A DNA stretch of 64,000 nucleotides from an uncultured Clostridia bacterium. GTDB taxonomy: Bacteria; Bacillota; Clostridia; TANB77; CAG-508. A program made the translations under genes and the position numbers. The notes beneath the pieces are model-generated. The model worked only from the letters and a program-made list of their open reading frames with translations. It had not been told where the DNA came from and searched no databases. Where the stretch lies: NCBI GenBank assembly GCA_944387545.1, contig CALXFE010000007.1:2357-66356 (forward strand), read 5' to 3'. Below, piece after piece: positions 9,280-20,855 of this stretch; position 1 is the stretch's first letter, and every line of letters starts with the position of its first letter.

Positions 9280-10472
9280 TATTTTTGCGCCTCCTTTCTT
9301 AATCCTAAGTAACGATAAGGATTATCTATTTTTTCAGTTTTTACGATTTCTGATAAATCATTATAAACACTTTCGATGTCATCAGCTTTTGTATCTCTAC
9401 CACCAATACCATAAACATAGTTTACAGCAGGTACATGAATATTGTTTACATACATAGCAGATGTAACATCTTCAAATAAAGCACCACCTGCAGCATTTAA
9501 AGAATCTGCTTTATCTAATACAGCAATAGCTTTTAAATGAGATAATGCATTTGCAATTTCGTCTACAGGGAATGGTCTAAATACACGAACTTTTAATAGA
9601 CCTGCTTTAATACCTTGTGCTCTTAATTTATCAACTACAAATTTTGTAGTTCCTGCTGTTGAGTTCATACAAACAATAGCAATTTCTGCATCATCTAATT
9701 TATATTCTTCAAAAAGACCATATTTTCTACCAGTCATTTTTTCAAAATCTTTTGCAACATCTAAAATAACTTGTTTTGCATTTCTCATAGCTTCTGCTTG
9801 CATAGCTTTATGTTCAAATAAATAACTTTGTAAATCTAATGGACCAACAGCAATTGGCTCATCTTTATTTAATAAATAATGTTCTGGTTTATATGTTCCA
9901 ACAAATTCTTTTACTTTATCATCTTCAAGCAATTCTATATTTTCAATAGAATGAGAAGTAATAAATCCATCTTGACAAACCATTAATGGAAGTCTGACAT
10001 TTTTATTTTCGGCAATTCTATGTGCCATTAATGTATTGTCATAAGCTTCTTGGTTGTTTTCTGAAAACAACATAATCCAACCAGCATCTCTAGCACCCAT
10101 AGCATCTGAATGGTCATTATGAATGTTTAAAGGTCCTGATACAGCTCTGTTTACTAAAGACATAACAATAGGTAAACGCAAGCTAGAAGCAATATATATC
10201 ATTTCCCACATTAAAGATAAACCATTTGCAGATGTCGCTGTCATGGCTCTTGCACCGGCAGCTTCTGCACCAATACAAGCACTCATAGCACTATGTTCAC
10301 TTTCAACAGCAACAAATTCTGTGTCAACTAATCCATTATCAACAAATGTTGAAAAATATTGTGGAATTTCTGTTGAAGGTGTAATAGGGAAGGCTGCGAC
10401 AACATCTGGATTAATTTGTTTCATAGCAGTTGCTGCTGCTTCATTACCACTTAATCTTTCTCTTATACTCAT
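9279..10472 (-). CDS. porA: 2-oxoacid:ferredoxin oxidoreductase alpha subunit
   Basis: N-terminus GNEAAA..A..INPDVVAAFPITPSTEI is typical of PorA/VorA. Stop and start abut the delta and beta genes. Confidence 0.8.
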   Translation of the reverse strand: MSIRERLSGNEAAATAMKQINPDVVAAFPITPSTEIPQYFSTFVDNGLVDTEFVAVESEHSAMSACIGAEAAGARAMTATSANGLSLMWEMIYIASSLRLPIVMSLVNRAVSGPLNIHNDHSDAMGARDAGWIMLFSENNQEAYDNTLMAHRIAENKNVRLPLMVCQDGFITSHSIENIELLEDDKVKEFVGTYKPEHYLLNKDEPIAVGPLDLQSYLFEHKAMQAEAMRNAKQVILDVAKDFEKMTGRKYGLFEEYKLDDAEIAIVCMNSTAGTTKFVVDKLRAQGIKAGLLKVRVFRPFPVDEIANALSHLKAIAVLDKADSLNAAGGALFEDVTSAMYVNNIHVPAVNYVYGIGGRDTKADDIESVYNDLSEIVKTEKIDNPYRYLGLRKEAQK

Positions 10473-10473
10473 A

Positions 10474-10788
10474 TTATTGAGCTCCCTCCTCTCTCATTTC
10501 AATCGCACCGAAAGGACAAACTTTGGCACAAACACCACAACCTTTACAATAATCATAATTGAAATCTTTTCTTTTTAAATCTTCTTTTCCTACTGGAATA
10601 GCATCTTCAGGGCAAACAGGGAAGCATAAACCACATTGTTTACATTTATCTGATAAAAATACAGGATAAGCACTTCTCCAGTCGCCTGTTTTAAAATCTT
10701 TAGCATTTCCAGCAGTATAAATATCGCCACCAGGAGTTAATTTCTCCATAGGTGTATTTGTATTTATATCTGTCATTTTTAACCTCAT
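10474..10788 (-). CDS. porD: 2-oxoacid:ferredoxin oxidoreductase delta subunit (2x[4Fe-4S])
   Basis: CKQCGLCFPVCPE and CKGCGVCAKVCP motifs. Start may be the internal ATG at 10776. Confidence 0.8.
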   Translation of the reverse strand: MRLKMTDINTNTPMEKLTPGGDIYTAGNAKDFKTGDWRSAYPVFLSDKCKQCGLCFPVCPEDAIPVGKEDLKRKDFNYDYCKGCGVCAKVCPFGAIEMREEGAQ

Positions 10789-10885
10789 TCCTTTCTTAAA
10801 ATTAGTCCTCCTTATTGTATAGAAAAAATCATTTTTTATCTTGAACCTATATAGATTTTTTCGTATATAACAAGGTTAGGTTTCT

Positions 10886-11467
10886 TTATTGAACTTTCTT
10901 AACTTCTTTTAAAGCCATTTCTAGTGCCTTCATATTTCCATCTATTACTTCAGGCTTTTTAGCAAATTTATGTTTAAAAGAACCTTTCATATCTTCTAAT
11001 AATTCATCATCAGTCATAATTTTACTTACTTTAACAATGGCTGCTAGCATAGGTGTATTAGGAAAATATCTTCCTAAAGCCTCCTCTGAAATTTTTCTAG
11101 CATCAATTGTATAAATTTCTCCAGAATATCCTTTTAAAGCTTTTGTCAAATATTCTTTAGATTTTGTTGTGTTAATAACAATAGCGCCTGTTGTCTTTAA
11201 TCCAGAAGTAACATCAACTGATTCTAAAAGTGTGTCATCTACAACTACCACATAATCAGGTTCATAAATATTACTATGAATTGTGATAGGGGTTTGACTT
11301 ATTCTGTTATAAGCAGTGATAGGGGCTCCCATTCTTTCAGGTCCATATTCAGGAAATCCTTGAATATATTTACCGGTATTAAATGCTGCATCAGCTAGTA
11401 ATAAAGATGCTGTTTTGGCACCTTGACCACCTCTACCATGCCATCTAATTTCTATCATGTTATCCAT
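10886..11467 (-). CDS. porG: 2-oxoacid:ferredoxin oxidoreductase gamma subunit
   Basis: IRWHGRGGQGAKTAS motif. First gene of the operon. Confidence 0.8.
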   Translation of the reverse strand: MDNMIEIRWHGRGGQGAKTASLLLADAAFNTGKYIQGFPEYGPERMGAPITAYNRISQTPITIHSNIYEPDYVVVVDDTLLESVDVTSGLKTTGAIVINTTKSKEYLTKALKGYSGEIYTIDARKISEEALGRYFPNTPMLAAIVKVSKIMTDDELLEDMKGSFKHKFAKKPEVIDGNMKALEMALKEVKKVQ

Positions 11468-11650
11468 TCTTAATTGCCTCCTTTTATTAAAATTTTACGA
11501 CTTTAGTATATGACTAAATAGTCTTAATGTCAATAGATTTGACTAAAAGGACAGCTGAAAAAAATTTGCTAAATTACTTGTATAATGAATTTAATTATGA
11601 TATAAATATAAGTATAAAAATAAAGCTAATAATAGAAAGGCGGTATTTTT

Positions 11651-12388
11651 GTGGAAGAAGAATTGGATAAAGATAAGAAAACAATTTTAATTGTTGATGA
11701 TGAACAACCAATAAGAGAAATATTGGTATATAATTTAAAAAAGGAAGGATATAATACAATCGAAGCAAGTGATGGTGTAACAGCACTAAATATTGCTTTG
11801 GAAAAATATCCTGATTTGATACTTTTAGACATTATGCTTCCAAAAATGGATGGATTATCAGTATGTAAAAGAATAAAAAATTCATATAATGTACCAATCT
11901 TAATGTTAACAGCAAAAGACACAGAGATTGATAAAATTTTAGGATTGGAATTAGGAGCTGATGATTATATTACAAAACCATTTAGTGTTAGAGAACTAAT
12001 TGCTAGAGTAAAAGCAAATTTAAGAAAAGTAGAAAATTTATCAGTGCCAAAAATAGAAAATGATTATTCTAATAAAAAGAAAGATAATAAAATAATTGTA
12101 AATGATTTAGAATTAGATTTAGATAAATTCGAAGTCAAAATTAGAGGAGAAATTATAGATTTAACAGTAAGAGAATTTGAGGTAATCAAATTTTTGGCAT
12201 CACAACCAGGTCAAGTTGTAACAAGAGAGACATTATTAGAAAAAGTATGGGGATATGAATATTATGGAGATATCAGAACAGTTGATGTAACTGTAAGGAG
12301 AATTAGAGAGAAAATAGAAAAAGACACTTCATCTCCAAAAATATTAATAACCAAAAGAGGAGTCGGATATTATATAGCTTCTAAATAA
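11651..12388 (+). CDS. OmpR/PhoB-family response regulator
   Basis: Receiver domain (ILIVDDE, DLILLDIMLP, LTAKD) plus winged-helix C-terminus (LTVREFEVIKFL...RTVDVTVRRIREKIE). GTG start. Confidence 0.9.
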   Translation: MEEELDKDKKTILIVDDEQPIREILVYNLKKEGYNTIEASDGVTALNIALEKYPDLILLDIMLPKMDGLSVCKRIKNSYNVPILMLTAKDTEIDKILGLELGADDYITKPFSVRELIARVKANLRKVENLSVPKIENDYSNKKKDNKIIVNDLELDLDKFEVKIRGEIIDLTVREFEVIKFLASQPGQVVTRETLLEKVWGYEYYGDIRTVDVTVRRIREKIEKDTSSPKILITKRGVGYYIASK

Positions 12389-12531
12389 AAGGATTTAAGG
12401 AAAACTTGGAATATCCATGTTTTCTTTTTTTATAATTATGGTTCTATATGAATTATGGTTTTATATTTGCAATCGCATAAAAAATCGTATATAGGTTTGT
12501 CGAAGCGTATAAAGAAAAATAAGAATAAAAA

Positions 12532-13626
12532 ATGAAACAGCTAAAGATAGAAAAGAAAGGGATAGAAAAAATGGATAGAACAAAAACAAGAAAGATAATG
12601 GTAGGAAATATACAAATTGGTGGGCAAAATAAAGTAGTTATACAATCTATGTGTAATACAAAAACAAAAGATATAGAAGCAACAGTAAAACAAATATTAG
12701 CATTAGAAAAAGCTGGGTGTGAAATAGTAAGAGTAGCAGCATTAGATATAGAAGATGCAAAAGCAATAAAAGAAATAAAAAAACAAATTCATATTCCGAT
12801 TGTTGCAGACATACATTTTGATTATAAGATAGCACTAGAAGCAATAGAAGCAGGCGTAGATAAAGTAAGAATCAATCCAGGAAATATTGGAAATGAAGAA
12901 AAAATAAAAGCAGTAGTAGATAAATGTAAAGAACACCATATACCTATAAGAATAGGTGTCAATGCAGGTTCATTAGAAAAAGATCTATTAGAACAATATG
13001 GAAAACCAACAGCAAAAGCAATGGTAGAAAGTGCAAGAAGACATATAGAAATATTAGAAAAACTAGACTTTAAAGATTATGTAATTTCTTTAAAAGCCTC
13101 TAATCTAGATTTATGTATAGAAAGTTATGAAGAAGCATCCAAAGCATTTGATTGTCCATTACATCTAGGAATTACAGAAAGTGGAACAGCATTTAGCGGA
13201 ACAATAAAATCTAGTATAGGATTAGGATATATGTTAAGAAATAGGATAGGAGATACAATGAGGGTTTCCCTTTCAGATGATCCAGTAAAAGAGATAAGAG
13301 TTGCCAAGGAAATATTAAAGGATTGTAATTTATATCATAAAGTACCAACCTTAGTAGCTTGTCCTACTTGCGGAAGAACACAGATAGATTTAATTCCAAT
13401 AGCAAAAGAGGTAGAAGAATTTTTAACCACCATAGAATCAGATATTACAGTTGCTGTCATGGGATGTGCTGTAAATGGTCCTGGAGAAGCAAGAGAAGCA
13501 GATATTGGAATTGCAGGAGGAATAAAAGAAGGATTATTATTTAAAAAAGGTGAAATCATAAAAAAAGTACCACAAGAAAAAATTGTAGAGGTATTAAAAG
13601 AAGAAATATTAAAAATGGTAAAATGA
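12532..13626 (+). CDS. ispG: HMBPP synthase IspG (GcpE)
   Basis: Motifs [29 protein letters not shown] and [11 protein letters not shown]. Start is possibly ATG 12574. Confidence 0.9.
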   Translation: MKQLKIEKKGIEKMDRTKTRKIMVGNIQIGGQNKVVIQSMCNTKTKDIEATVKQILALEKAGCEIVRVAALDIEDAKAIKEIKKQIHIPIVADIHFDYKIALEAIEAGVDKVRINPGNIGNEEKIKAVVDKCKEHHIPIRIGVNAGSLEKDLLEQYGKPTAKAMVESARRHIEILEKLDFKDYVISLKASNLDLCIESYEEASKAFDCPLHLGITESGTAFSGTIKSSIGLGYMLRNRIGDTMRVSLSDDPVKEIRVAKEILKDCNLYHKVPTLVACPTCGRTQIDLIPIAKEVEEFLTTIESDITVAVMGCAVNGPGEAREADIGIAGGIKEGLLFKKGEIIKKVPQEKIVEVLKEEILKMVK

Positions 13627-13723
13627 AATTTGACCTTGTGATATACGAAGAAATCCATATAGGATAAAGATAAAAGAGGAAATTCTATACAATAAAAAAG
13701 ATAATTCGGAATGGAGAAAAAAT

Positions 13724-14596
13724 ATGGAAATACTAGTAGGAAAAACAGCAGGATTCTGCTATGGCGTCAAAAGAGCAGTAGATGGTGCAAAAGAAGAATT
13801 AAGTAAAGAAAACAATATATTTGGCTTAGGAGAAATTGTACATAACCAAGATGTTATAAAAAGTTTAGAAAAACTAGGAATGCATTTTGTTGAAGACATA
13901 AAAGAATCAAAAGGAAAGACCATTGTTCGTGCACATGGAATTGCAAAAGAAATTTATGAAAAAGCAAGGGAAAACCATATAGAGTTAATAGATTATACAT
14001 GCCCTAAAGTATTGAAAATACACGAAATAGCAAAAGAATATGCGGATAAAGGATACTATATTTTTCTTTTAGGAAATAAAAAACATCCGGAAAATATAGG
14101 TACACTTAGTTATTGTGGAGAAAATAAATTCGTTATAGAAAAAGAGGATGACACAATTAAAGCACTAGAAGCACTTGAAAAGTCAAATATAAAAAAATTA
14201 TTAGTTATTTCACAAACAACATATAGTTTGGAAAAATTTTATATCATAGAAGAAATTATAAAAAATGAATTGCCAAGAAATGTAGAAATCATTGTAAAAA
14301 ACACGATATGTCAAGCAACAGAAATTAGACAAAAAGAAACAGAAGAAATAGCTAAAAAAGTAAATTGTATGATAATTATCGGAGGAAAAAATAGTTCTAA
14401 TACAAGAAAGTTATATGATATTGCCAAACAAAATTGCAAAATGGCAATAGCAATAGAAAATGCAAATGATTTACAAATAGAAAAACTAAAAGAAATTCAA
14501 AAAATAGGAATCATGGCAGGTGCTTCTACGCCAAAAGAAAGTATAGATGAATTGGTTGAGAAAATCCAAAAAGCTTTCGCGCTAACTTTAAATTAA
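13724..14596 (+). CDS. ispH: HMBPP reductase IspH (LytB)
   Basis: Motifs GFCYGVKRAV, VHN, CP.V..H, SQTT and GG.NSSNT. Confidence 0.9.
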   Translation: MEILVGKTAGFCYGVKRAVDGAKEELSKENNIFGLGEIVHNQDVIKSLEKLGMHFVEDIKESKGKTIVRAHGIAKEIYEKARENHIELIDYTCPKVLKIHEIAKEYADKGYYIFLLGNKKHPENIGTLSYCGENKFVIEKEDDTIKALEALEKSNIKKLLVISQTTYSLEKFYIIEEIIKNELPRNVEIIVKNTICQATEIRQKETEEIAKKVNCMIIIGGKNSSNTRKLYDIAKQNCKMAIAIENANDLQIEKLKEIQKIGIMAGASTPKESIDELVEKIQKAFALTLN

Positions 14597-14650
14597 CTAA
14601 GAAATACTAAAATTGTCGAACTTTGCGATGAAAAGTATGAAAATAGGAAA

Positions 14651-14676
14651 AGAACTTGTTGACAAGTTCTTTTTTT
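14651..14676 (+). terminator. Intrinsic terminator after ispH
   Basis: AGAACTT-GTTGAC-AAGTTCT followed by TTTTTT. Confidence 0.65.
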
Positions 14677-14834
14677 GACAGTATACTTTAAAAGAAATTA
14701 TATAATTTTTATCAATAGAAATTTCTATCTATTATGACTTATTTTATAACATTTATTCAAGTCATAAATTCCATCATTTGTAAAAGTAAAAACAATCCAA
14801 AAGGAGGTTAAATTTAGTGCACTAAAAATATTTT

Positions 14835-15464
14835 ATGAACAGAAAATTTGTTGCAAAAAGTAATTTTGTATTAAGAAGAGTTTTAAATACAGAAGAAAAT
14901 ATAGATATATTACAAGAGTTTATAGAAGCAATATTAAATATAAAAATAAAAAATGCAAAAATCAATCCATATCTGGAAAAAAAGAAAAACAATTTACCAG
15001 CAGAAGAAAATTTTGGGATTGCAGATTTAAGAATAAAAACAATGGAAAATGAAGAGTTGAATATAGGAATACAGATGATTGATGGAGAACATATTTTAAC
15101 AAAAATGTTTTTATATTTTGCACAAATACATTCTAATCAATTAGAATATGATGATAATAGAAAAATAGCAAAGACAATAACCATAAACATCTTAGATTTT
15201 ATTTTTACAAAAGAAATGAAATATCATAGTAGAATGATTTTAAAAGAAGAAGAATTGGAAGATATATTAAAGAATTATCTAGAAATACATATTATAGAAT
15301 TACCAAAATTCAAACTAAATTCCAATAAGATAATGACATTAAAAGAAACATGGATTACATATTTAAAAGGAGAAAATATAGAAACAGCAATTAAGAAAAG
15401 TGAAAAAATAGCAAAGCTAGATAATTTATTAAAAAAGTATTGGAGAGAGGAGGTAATGGAATAA
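14835..15464 (+). CDS. Rpn/YhgA-like PD-(D/E)XK nuclease family protein (putative transposase-like), possibly short
   Basis: N-terminal pattern NFVLRRVL..EENIDILQEFIEAIL, then IADLRI....NIGIQM, as in PDDEXK_2/Rpn proteins. Motif-level only. Confidence 0.45.
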   Translation: MNRKFVAKSNFVLRRVLNTEENIDILQEFIEAILNIKIKNAKINPYLEKKKNNLPAEENFGIADLRIKTMENEELNIGIQMIDGEHILTKMFLYFAQIHSNQLEYDDNRKIAKTITINILDFIFTKEMKYHSRMILKEEELEDILKNYLEIHIIELPKFKLNSNKIMTLKETWITYLKGENIETAIKKSEKIAKLDNLLKKYWREEVME

Positions 15465-15525
15465 TCAATAAGAAGAATGAACAATCCTATTTGCTCATTC
15501 TTCTTATTGATTATTAATTTGTATA

Positions 15526-17896
15526 TTAATGTGCATCAGTTAAAGTTGGTTTTAGTGTTACTTGTATAATGGTTCCTTCAGGTACTAATTCATCTTTTAC
15601 ATAATCCTGAGTCGTAACAATTCCAGAACCTGAAACACCAATATTTAAATTTTTAGCTCTTAAAGCACTTGTCGCTTGAGAAAGGTTCATTCCAGATAAA
15701 TCAGGAACACTTACAGATGTTTCAACTGTGTTACCTTCTCCATATAACATAATAATCGCATTAGCAGATAATTGTGAACCTGGTTTTGGTGTTTGGTTTG
15801 CAACAAGTGTTGAATTTTCATCTCCAGAAGAAGACACTTTACATGTAAATCCAGCATCAGAAAGTACTTTTTTAGCTTCTGTTATTGTTTTATTTCTAAC
15901 ATCAGGAATCGTAATCAAATTGTCAGAATTACTATTTTCAGCAGTTACATCAGAAGGAATGCCTAAATAAGGCAAAATTTCAGATAACATTTGAGAAACA
16001 ACAGGAGCTGCAACAGAACCACCTTGATGTCCATAAGTTTTATTTTGTGGATCATATAATGTAAGCAATACAACTATTTGTGTATCTTCAATAGGAGAGA
16101 TAGCTACAAAAGAAGATACATATCCTTCATCTTTGTTAGCTTCTGTTGGCTCAGAAGTTCCAGATTTACCACCAATAGAATATCCAGTAACAGATACATT
16201 TTTACCAGTACCCTCTAAAACAACAGATTCCATCATAGATTTTACTTGTTCGGCGGTTGACTTAGAAATAACTTGTCTTACTTCTGTTGGTTCAATATCT
16301 GTAATAGCACCTGTATCTGTATTGGTAATAGATTTTATAATATTTGGTTTCATAAGGACACCATTATTCGCAACACAAGAGATAGCAGTAATCATTTGAA
16401 GAGGTGTTACTTGAAATCTTTGACCAAAGGCATAAGTTGCAAGTTCAACAGGTCCAATTTCATCTAAATCATGGAAAATACTATTTTGTTCACCATATAA
16501 CCCAGAATTCGTTGTTTCAAATAATCCAAAAGCTTGATAATATTTATATAAAGTAGGAGCGCCAATTCTTTGTGCTAATTGAATGAAAGCTGGGTTACAA
16601 GAATTGCAAAGTGCCTGCCTTAAAGTTTGAGAGCCATGAGGATTAGAACTTCTCCAACAATTGATAATTCTATCTTCAACTTCTTGATAGCCTTTACAAT
16701 AAAAATCTCCAGCCTTATCAGTTGTTGTAATACCTTCTTCTAATGCAACACTTGCAGTAATAATTTTGAAGGTAGAACCAGGTTCGTAACTCTCTGAAAC
16801 AGATTTATTAGACCACATTTTATATAAAGCTTCACTTTTTTGTTCAGATGTTAAGGAATCATAAGTTTTAGATAGTGTTGAATTTGGTGTATAAGGTGAA
16901 TTTAAATCATAATCCGGATAACAAGCCATTCCTAAGATATCACCAGTTTGAGGATTTATAACAATGACATTTCCACCATCATCACATTCATATTTTTCTA
17001 CAGCTTGTTCCAAGTATTTTTCAATAATAGATTGAATATTCAAATCTAATGTAAGTGTGATATCACTACCATTTTCAGCAGATATATAGGTTTCTTCAGC
17101 ATTAGGAATTTCTTTTTGACTACTATCTTGTGAACTAACAATTTTTCCGAGGAGTACCTGTCAGAACAGAATCCCATTTAGATTCAATTCCACTTAATCC
17201 TTGATTATCGGAACCACAAAAACCAATAACACTAGAAGCTAATTCTCCATAGGGATAATATCTTTTATTATCCTCATCTATATTAATGCCCACAGAGATT
17301 TTGTTTTCTTTCATCCAATTTTCTAATTCATCAACCTTTTCTTGTTCTACTTTTTTTATAATTGTTTCTACTTGAGAATTACTATTAACTTTTTCTAATG
17401 TTTCATTATAATCTAACGCAAATATATCTGAAAGACCTTTGGCAACAGTTTCTTTTAAGGTTTTTGTTTCTTCATCTGTATCACCTTTTATTTTAGTCGG
17501 ATTAATGGTAATTGTATCTACTTGGGCACTAATCGCTAAAGCTTTACCAGTAGAATCATATATATTTCCTCTTTTAGGACTAAGAATTTGATTAATAGTT
17601 TGTTGTTGATAAGCAAGTTCTTTTAAATGACTGCCATCTATAAATTGTAAATAGGCAATTCTACCCATAAGTAATACAAAAACAATGAGAATGACAATAA
17701 ATGCGTTTCGCAATTTTGAAATATCAATTAGATTTTTAGAATCAAAGTGACGATTTAAACTTATCACTTTAGATTCTTTTTCATTTTTAGTTGTTATATT
17801 TTTGATATTAGATGTATTTGTTTTTTGTTTTGTTATATTTTTCTTATCAGATTTGCCTGTTTTTTTGTTTTTTACATGTTTTTTATTTGTATCCAT
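15526..17896 (-). CDS. Class B penicillin-binding protein (PBP2B/SpoVD-like, 2 PASTA), frame-disrupted (+1 needed at CGG, plus-strand 17147-17149)
   Basis: Upstream ORF (TM plus PBP dimerisation domain) ends ...LTGTP-R-KNC*. Skipping the C gives G-KIVSSQDSSQKEIPNAEETYISAENGSDITLTLDLNIQSIIEKY, running without a stop into ORF 15526..17043. That ORF carries STFK, SCN and KSGT boxes and two PASTA repeats. Start is ATG 17896 behind AAAGAGG. Confidence 0.8.
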
Positions 17897-18189
17897 AGAT
17901 TCGCCTCTTTTGTTAAAAATTTGCAATTATATTTTATATTAAAAGTACATAAAAAGCAACAAGGACACAGAAATTTTACAATTAAATGTGAACAAGATAG
18001 ATACCTCAAGAAGATAAAATATTGCCAACAAGGATTAAAGAAACATACAAAATTAGTGAGAAATATTGAAAAATAAAGACTTTTACAATATAATATAAAA
18101 AGTAAAAAGAAAATGAATTTGCAAAAATGTGGAAATTATTTTCAATTTGTTTTGAAATGCATTTTGAAGACAAAGGAATGTGAGTTAAG

Positions 18190-19053
18190 GTGAGTAATAT
18201 TTTAGAAGATACCCAATTTATTATGAAGAAATATAAAATAAGAGCGAATAAGTCATTAGGCCAAAATTTTTTGATTAACCAGAATGTGGTAGATAAAATT
18301 GTGGAAAGCAGTAATATAACAAAAGAAGATTTAATCATTGAAATAGGGCCTGGTTTAGGAACATTAACAAAAGAATTACTAGAAAAAGCAGGTAAAGTGA
18401 TTTGTATTGAATTAGATAAGAAAATGGTAAATATATTAAAAGACAGATTTTCTTTATATACAAATTTTGAATTATTTCATGAGGATGTATTAAAAGTAAA
18501 ACTAAATAAAATGATAAAAGAAGAAAAGGAAAAAAACAATTTAAAATCTGCTAAGATAGTAGCAAATTTACCATATTATATAACAACGCCAATTATCATG
18601 AAATTATTAGAAGATAGATTAGACTTAGAAAGCATAACGGTTATGATACAAAAAGAAGTAGCAGATAGATTGATTGCTATCCCAGGGCAAAAAGATACAG
18701 GAGCCATTACATATTCTGTATATTATTATGCAACAGCAGAAGGAATATTAGAAGTACCAAATGATTCTTTTATACCAGAACCAGAAGTAACTTCAAAAAT
18801 TATTAAATTAACTTTAAGAAAAGAACCACCAGTAGAAGTCAAAAGCAAAGGTGTTATGTTTAAAATTATAAAAAGTGCTTTTATGCAAAGAAGAAAAACA
18901 TTATTAAACGCACTAACCAATACAAAAGTATTTATGTCTAAAGAAGAAGGACTAAAAATATTGCAAGAATTACATTTAGACGAAAATGTAAGAGCAGAAA
19001 ACTTAACCTTAGAAAATTTTGCAGAGATAACCAATAAAATTCTTGTCGAATGA
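18190..19053 (+). CDS. rsmA: 16S rRNA (adenine1518/1519-N6)-dimethyltransferase
   Basis: Motifs LGQNFLIN, EIGPGLGTLT and NLPYYITTPI. GTG start. Confidence 0.9.
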   Translation: MSNILEDTQFIMKKYKIRANKSLGQNFLINQNVVDKIVESSNITKEDLIIEIGPGLGTLTKELLEKAGKVICIELDKKMVNILKDRFSLYTNFELFHEDVLKVKLNKMIKEEKEKNNLKSAKIVANLPYYITTPIIMKLLEDRLDLESITVMIQKEVADRLIAIPGQKDTGAITYSVYYYATAEGILEVPNDSFIPEPEVTSKIIKLTLRKEPPVEVKSKGVMFKIIKSAFMQRRKTLLNALTNTKVFMSKEEGLKILQELHLDENVRAENLTLENFAEITNKILVE

Positions 19054-19083
19054 TGAAAAAAGTTAACAGGAGGAAGAGAAAAA

Positions 19084-19905
19084 ATGTATAAATTAGTAGC
19101 AATTGATTTAGATGGCACATTAGTAACAGATGAGAAAGAATTAATGCCTAAAACAATTGAGGCTATCAAAGAGGCATCAAAAAAAGGCGTGAAAATTATG
19201 ATTTCGAGTGGAAGGTCATTTTATCGATTAGAAAAATATATAGATGCATTAGGTTTAAGAAAAGAAAACCAATGTACAATTTGTTTTAATGGTGGAATGA
19301 TTGTAGAAAACACAACAAAAGAAATTTTGTATTCCAAGAATTTAGAGCCTGAAGAAATAAAAGAATTAATTCAATTAGGAAAAACATTAGAATTGCCAAT
19401 AATGATATACACAAAAAATACACATTATGTAGAAAAGGTACCAGAAGTCGTAGAAAAAAACAAGAAAAATTTAAAAGGAATGAATTTGAAAAAAGTTCGT
19501 TTTGATGAAATAAATTTTAATGAAGAAATTAATTATATTTATAAAGTTTGTTTTATAGATAATCCTAAAACAATCATAGAAAAAAGAAAAGAAATTCCCA
19601 AAGAATTTTTTGAAAGATATGAAATAACCAGTAGTGTTCCAGAATATTTAGAAATTGTAAAAAAAGGAATTAAAAAGTCAGAAGCCATTAAATTTGTGAT
19701 GGAGAAATACCATATAAAACAAGAAGAAGTAATGGCAATTGGAGATGGTGAAAATGATGTGGAGATGCTAAGCTTTGCGGGATTGGGAATTGCCATGGAA
19801 AATGCTAGTGATTTTGTAAAAGAATTTGCCAATGTTGTAACAACTTCGAATAATCATGATGGGGTTGCAAATGCCATTGAAAAATATATATTAAGAGGAG
19901 AATAA
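19084..19905 (+). CDS. Cof-type HAD-IIB phosphatase
   Basis: Motifs AIDLDGTLV, SGR and GDGENDVEM. Confidence 0.85.
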   Translation: MYKLVAIDLDGTLVTDEKELMPKTIEAIKEASKKGVKIMISSGRSFYRLEKYIDALGLRKENQCTICFNGGMIVENTTKEILYSKNLEPEEIKELIQLGKTLELPIMIYTKNTHYVEKVPEVVEKNKKNLKGMNLKKVRFDEINFNEEINYIYKVCFIDNPKTIIEKRKEIPKEFFERYEITSSVPEYLEIVKKGIKKSEAIKFVMEKYHIKQEEVMAIGDGENDVEMLSFAGLGIAMENASDFVKEFANVVTTSNNHDGVANAIEKYILRGE

Positions 19906-19906
19906 G

Positions 19907-20299
19907 ATGGATAAAGATTTTGAGATATTACTAGAAGAAGCAAAGAAATTTGCCAAAAAGAGAATTTTAACGAATTATGCTTCTTGTGGGCATTGTGGCT
20001 GTGCATTAATGACAGCAAAAGGAAATATTTATACAGGAATTTCAATTTATTCTAAGTGCAATCTTGGGAGATGTGCAGAATATGGAGCAATTGCCGAAAT
20101 GTTAAAGCATAATGAGAGTGAAATCAAAAAAATTGTTTCATTTTCAGCAAAAGGACTTATATATCCACCCTGTGGAAGCTGTAGAGAATTAATTCGTATG
20201 GTAGATGATAAAAATCTAGAAACTGAAATAATGGTAAGAGAAGATAAGGTTTGTAAATTAAAAGAATTGTTACCAGAGATGTATATAAGTAAAGAATAA
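19907..20299 (+). CDS. Cytidine/blasticidin-S deaminase-like zinc deaminase
   Basis: CAE (RCAEYGAI) and PCGSCRELI zinc-ligand motifs; 130 aa. Confidence 0.75.
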   Translation: MDKDFEILLEEAKKFAKKRILTNYASCGHCGCALMTAKGNIYTGISIYSKCNLGRCAEYGAIAEMLKHNESEIKKIVSFSAKGLIYPPCGSCRELIRMVDDKNLETEIMVREDKVCKLKELLPEMYISKE

Positions 20300-20307
20300 A
20301 AAAGAAA

Positions 20308-20344
20308 AATGAGTTATTCCAAAGGTTAGAATAACTCATTTTTA
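20308..20344 (+). terminator. Intrinsic terminator
   Basis: AATGAGTTATTC / GAATAACTCATT 12-bp stem followed by TTT. Confidence 0.7.
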
Positions 20345-20412
20345 GATTATCCATACACCTTTTATGTAAAGAAAACATAAAATATAACAAAAACATAAAA
20401 GGAGGAGAGAAA

Positions 20413-20769
20413 ATGTCTAGCTACATAATACAAGGGGGAAATAAGCTAGAAGGAACCGTAAAAATATCAGGTTCAAAAAATTCTAGTTTACCCATTATTG
20501 CAGCAACCATATTAAATGGAGGAGAAACTACTTTATATAATGTTCCAAATATTCATGATACACAAATGATGTTTGAAATATTAAAAAAAATAGGAGGAAA
20601 AGTAACCAAAAAGAAAAATAAAGTCATTATTAACACAAAAGATATTCATAAATTCGAAATTCCAGAAGATTTGATGAGGCAAATGCGATCTTCTGTGATT
20701 TTTGCAGGAAGTTTATTGGGAAAATATAGAAAATGTACCTTATCTTATCCAGGGGATTGCGATATTTGA
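20413..20769 (+). pseudogene. murA: murA 5' fragment (UDP-GlcNAc 1-carboxyvinyltransferase, residues 1 to ~115), truncated by the inserted element
   Basis: N-terminus IQGGNKLEGTVKISGSKNSSLPIIAA...MRSSVIFAGSLLGKY is MurA. It ends SYPGDCDI*, exactly where the conserved PGGC(A/D)IG.RP catalytic-Cys loop should continue. Confidence 0.9.
20749..20766 (+). repeat. attL junction repeat (CCAGGGGATTGCGATATT)
   Basis: Encodes PGDCDI. Imperfect copy of 33478-33495 (ACAGGAGGATGTGACATT, encoding TGGCDI). The shared CAGG is a plausible crossover region. Confidence 0.6.
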
Positions 20770-20855
20770 TTGATACATCGGACAAGCATAAGATAAATGA
20801 GTGGATTAGGGAATTTGAATAATTATAAATTATTATTTATTTTTGAAACAAATTG

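Noticed and set aside
14808-14834. Strong AAGGAGG RBS followed by GTG-CAC-TAA (a two-codon mini-ORF) just upstream of the Rpn-like gene; possible leader peptide or remnant of a longer N-terminus.
   Set aside because: It is too short to evaluate. It may simply be the RBS region of a decayed gene start.
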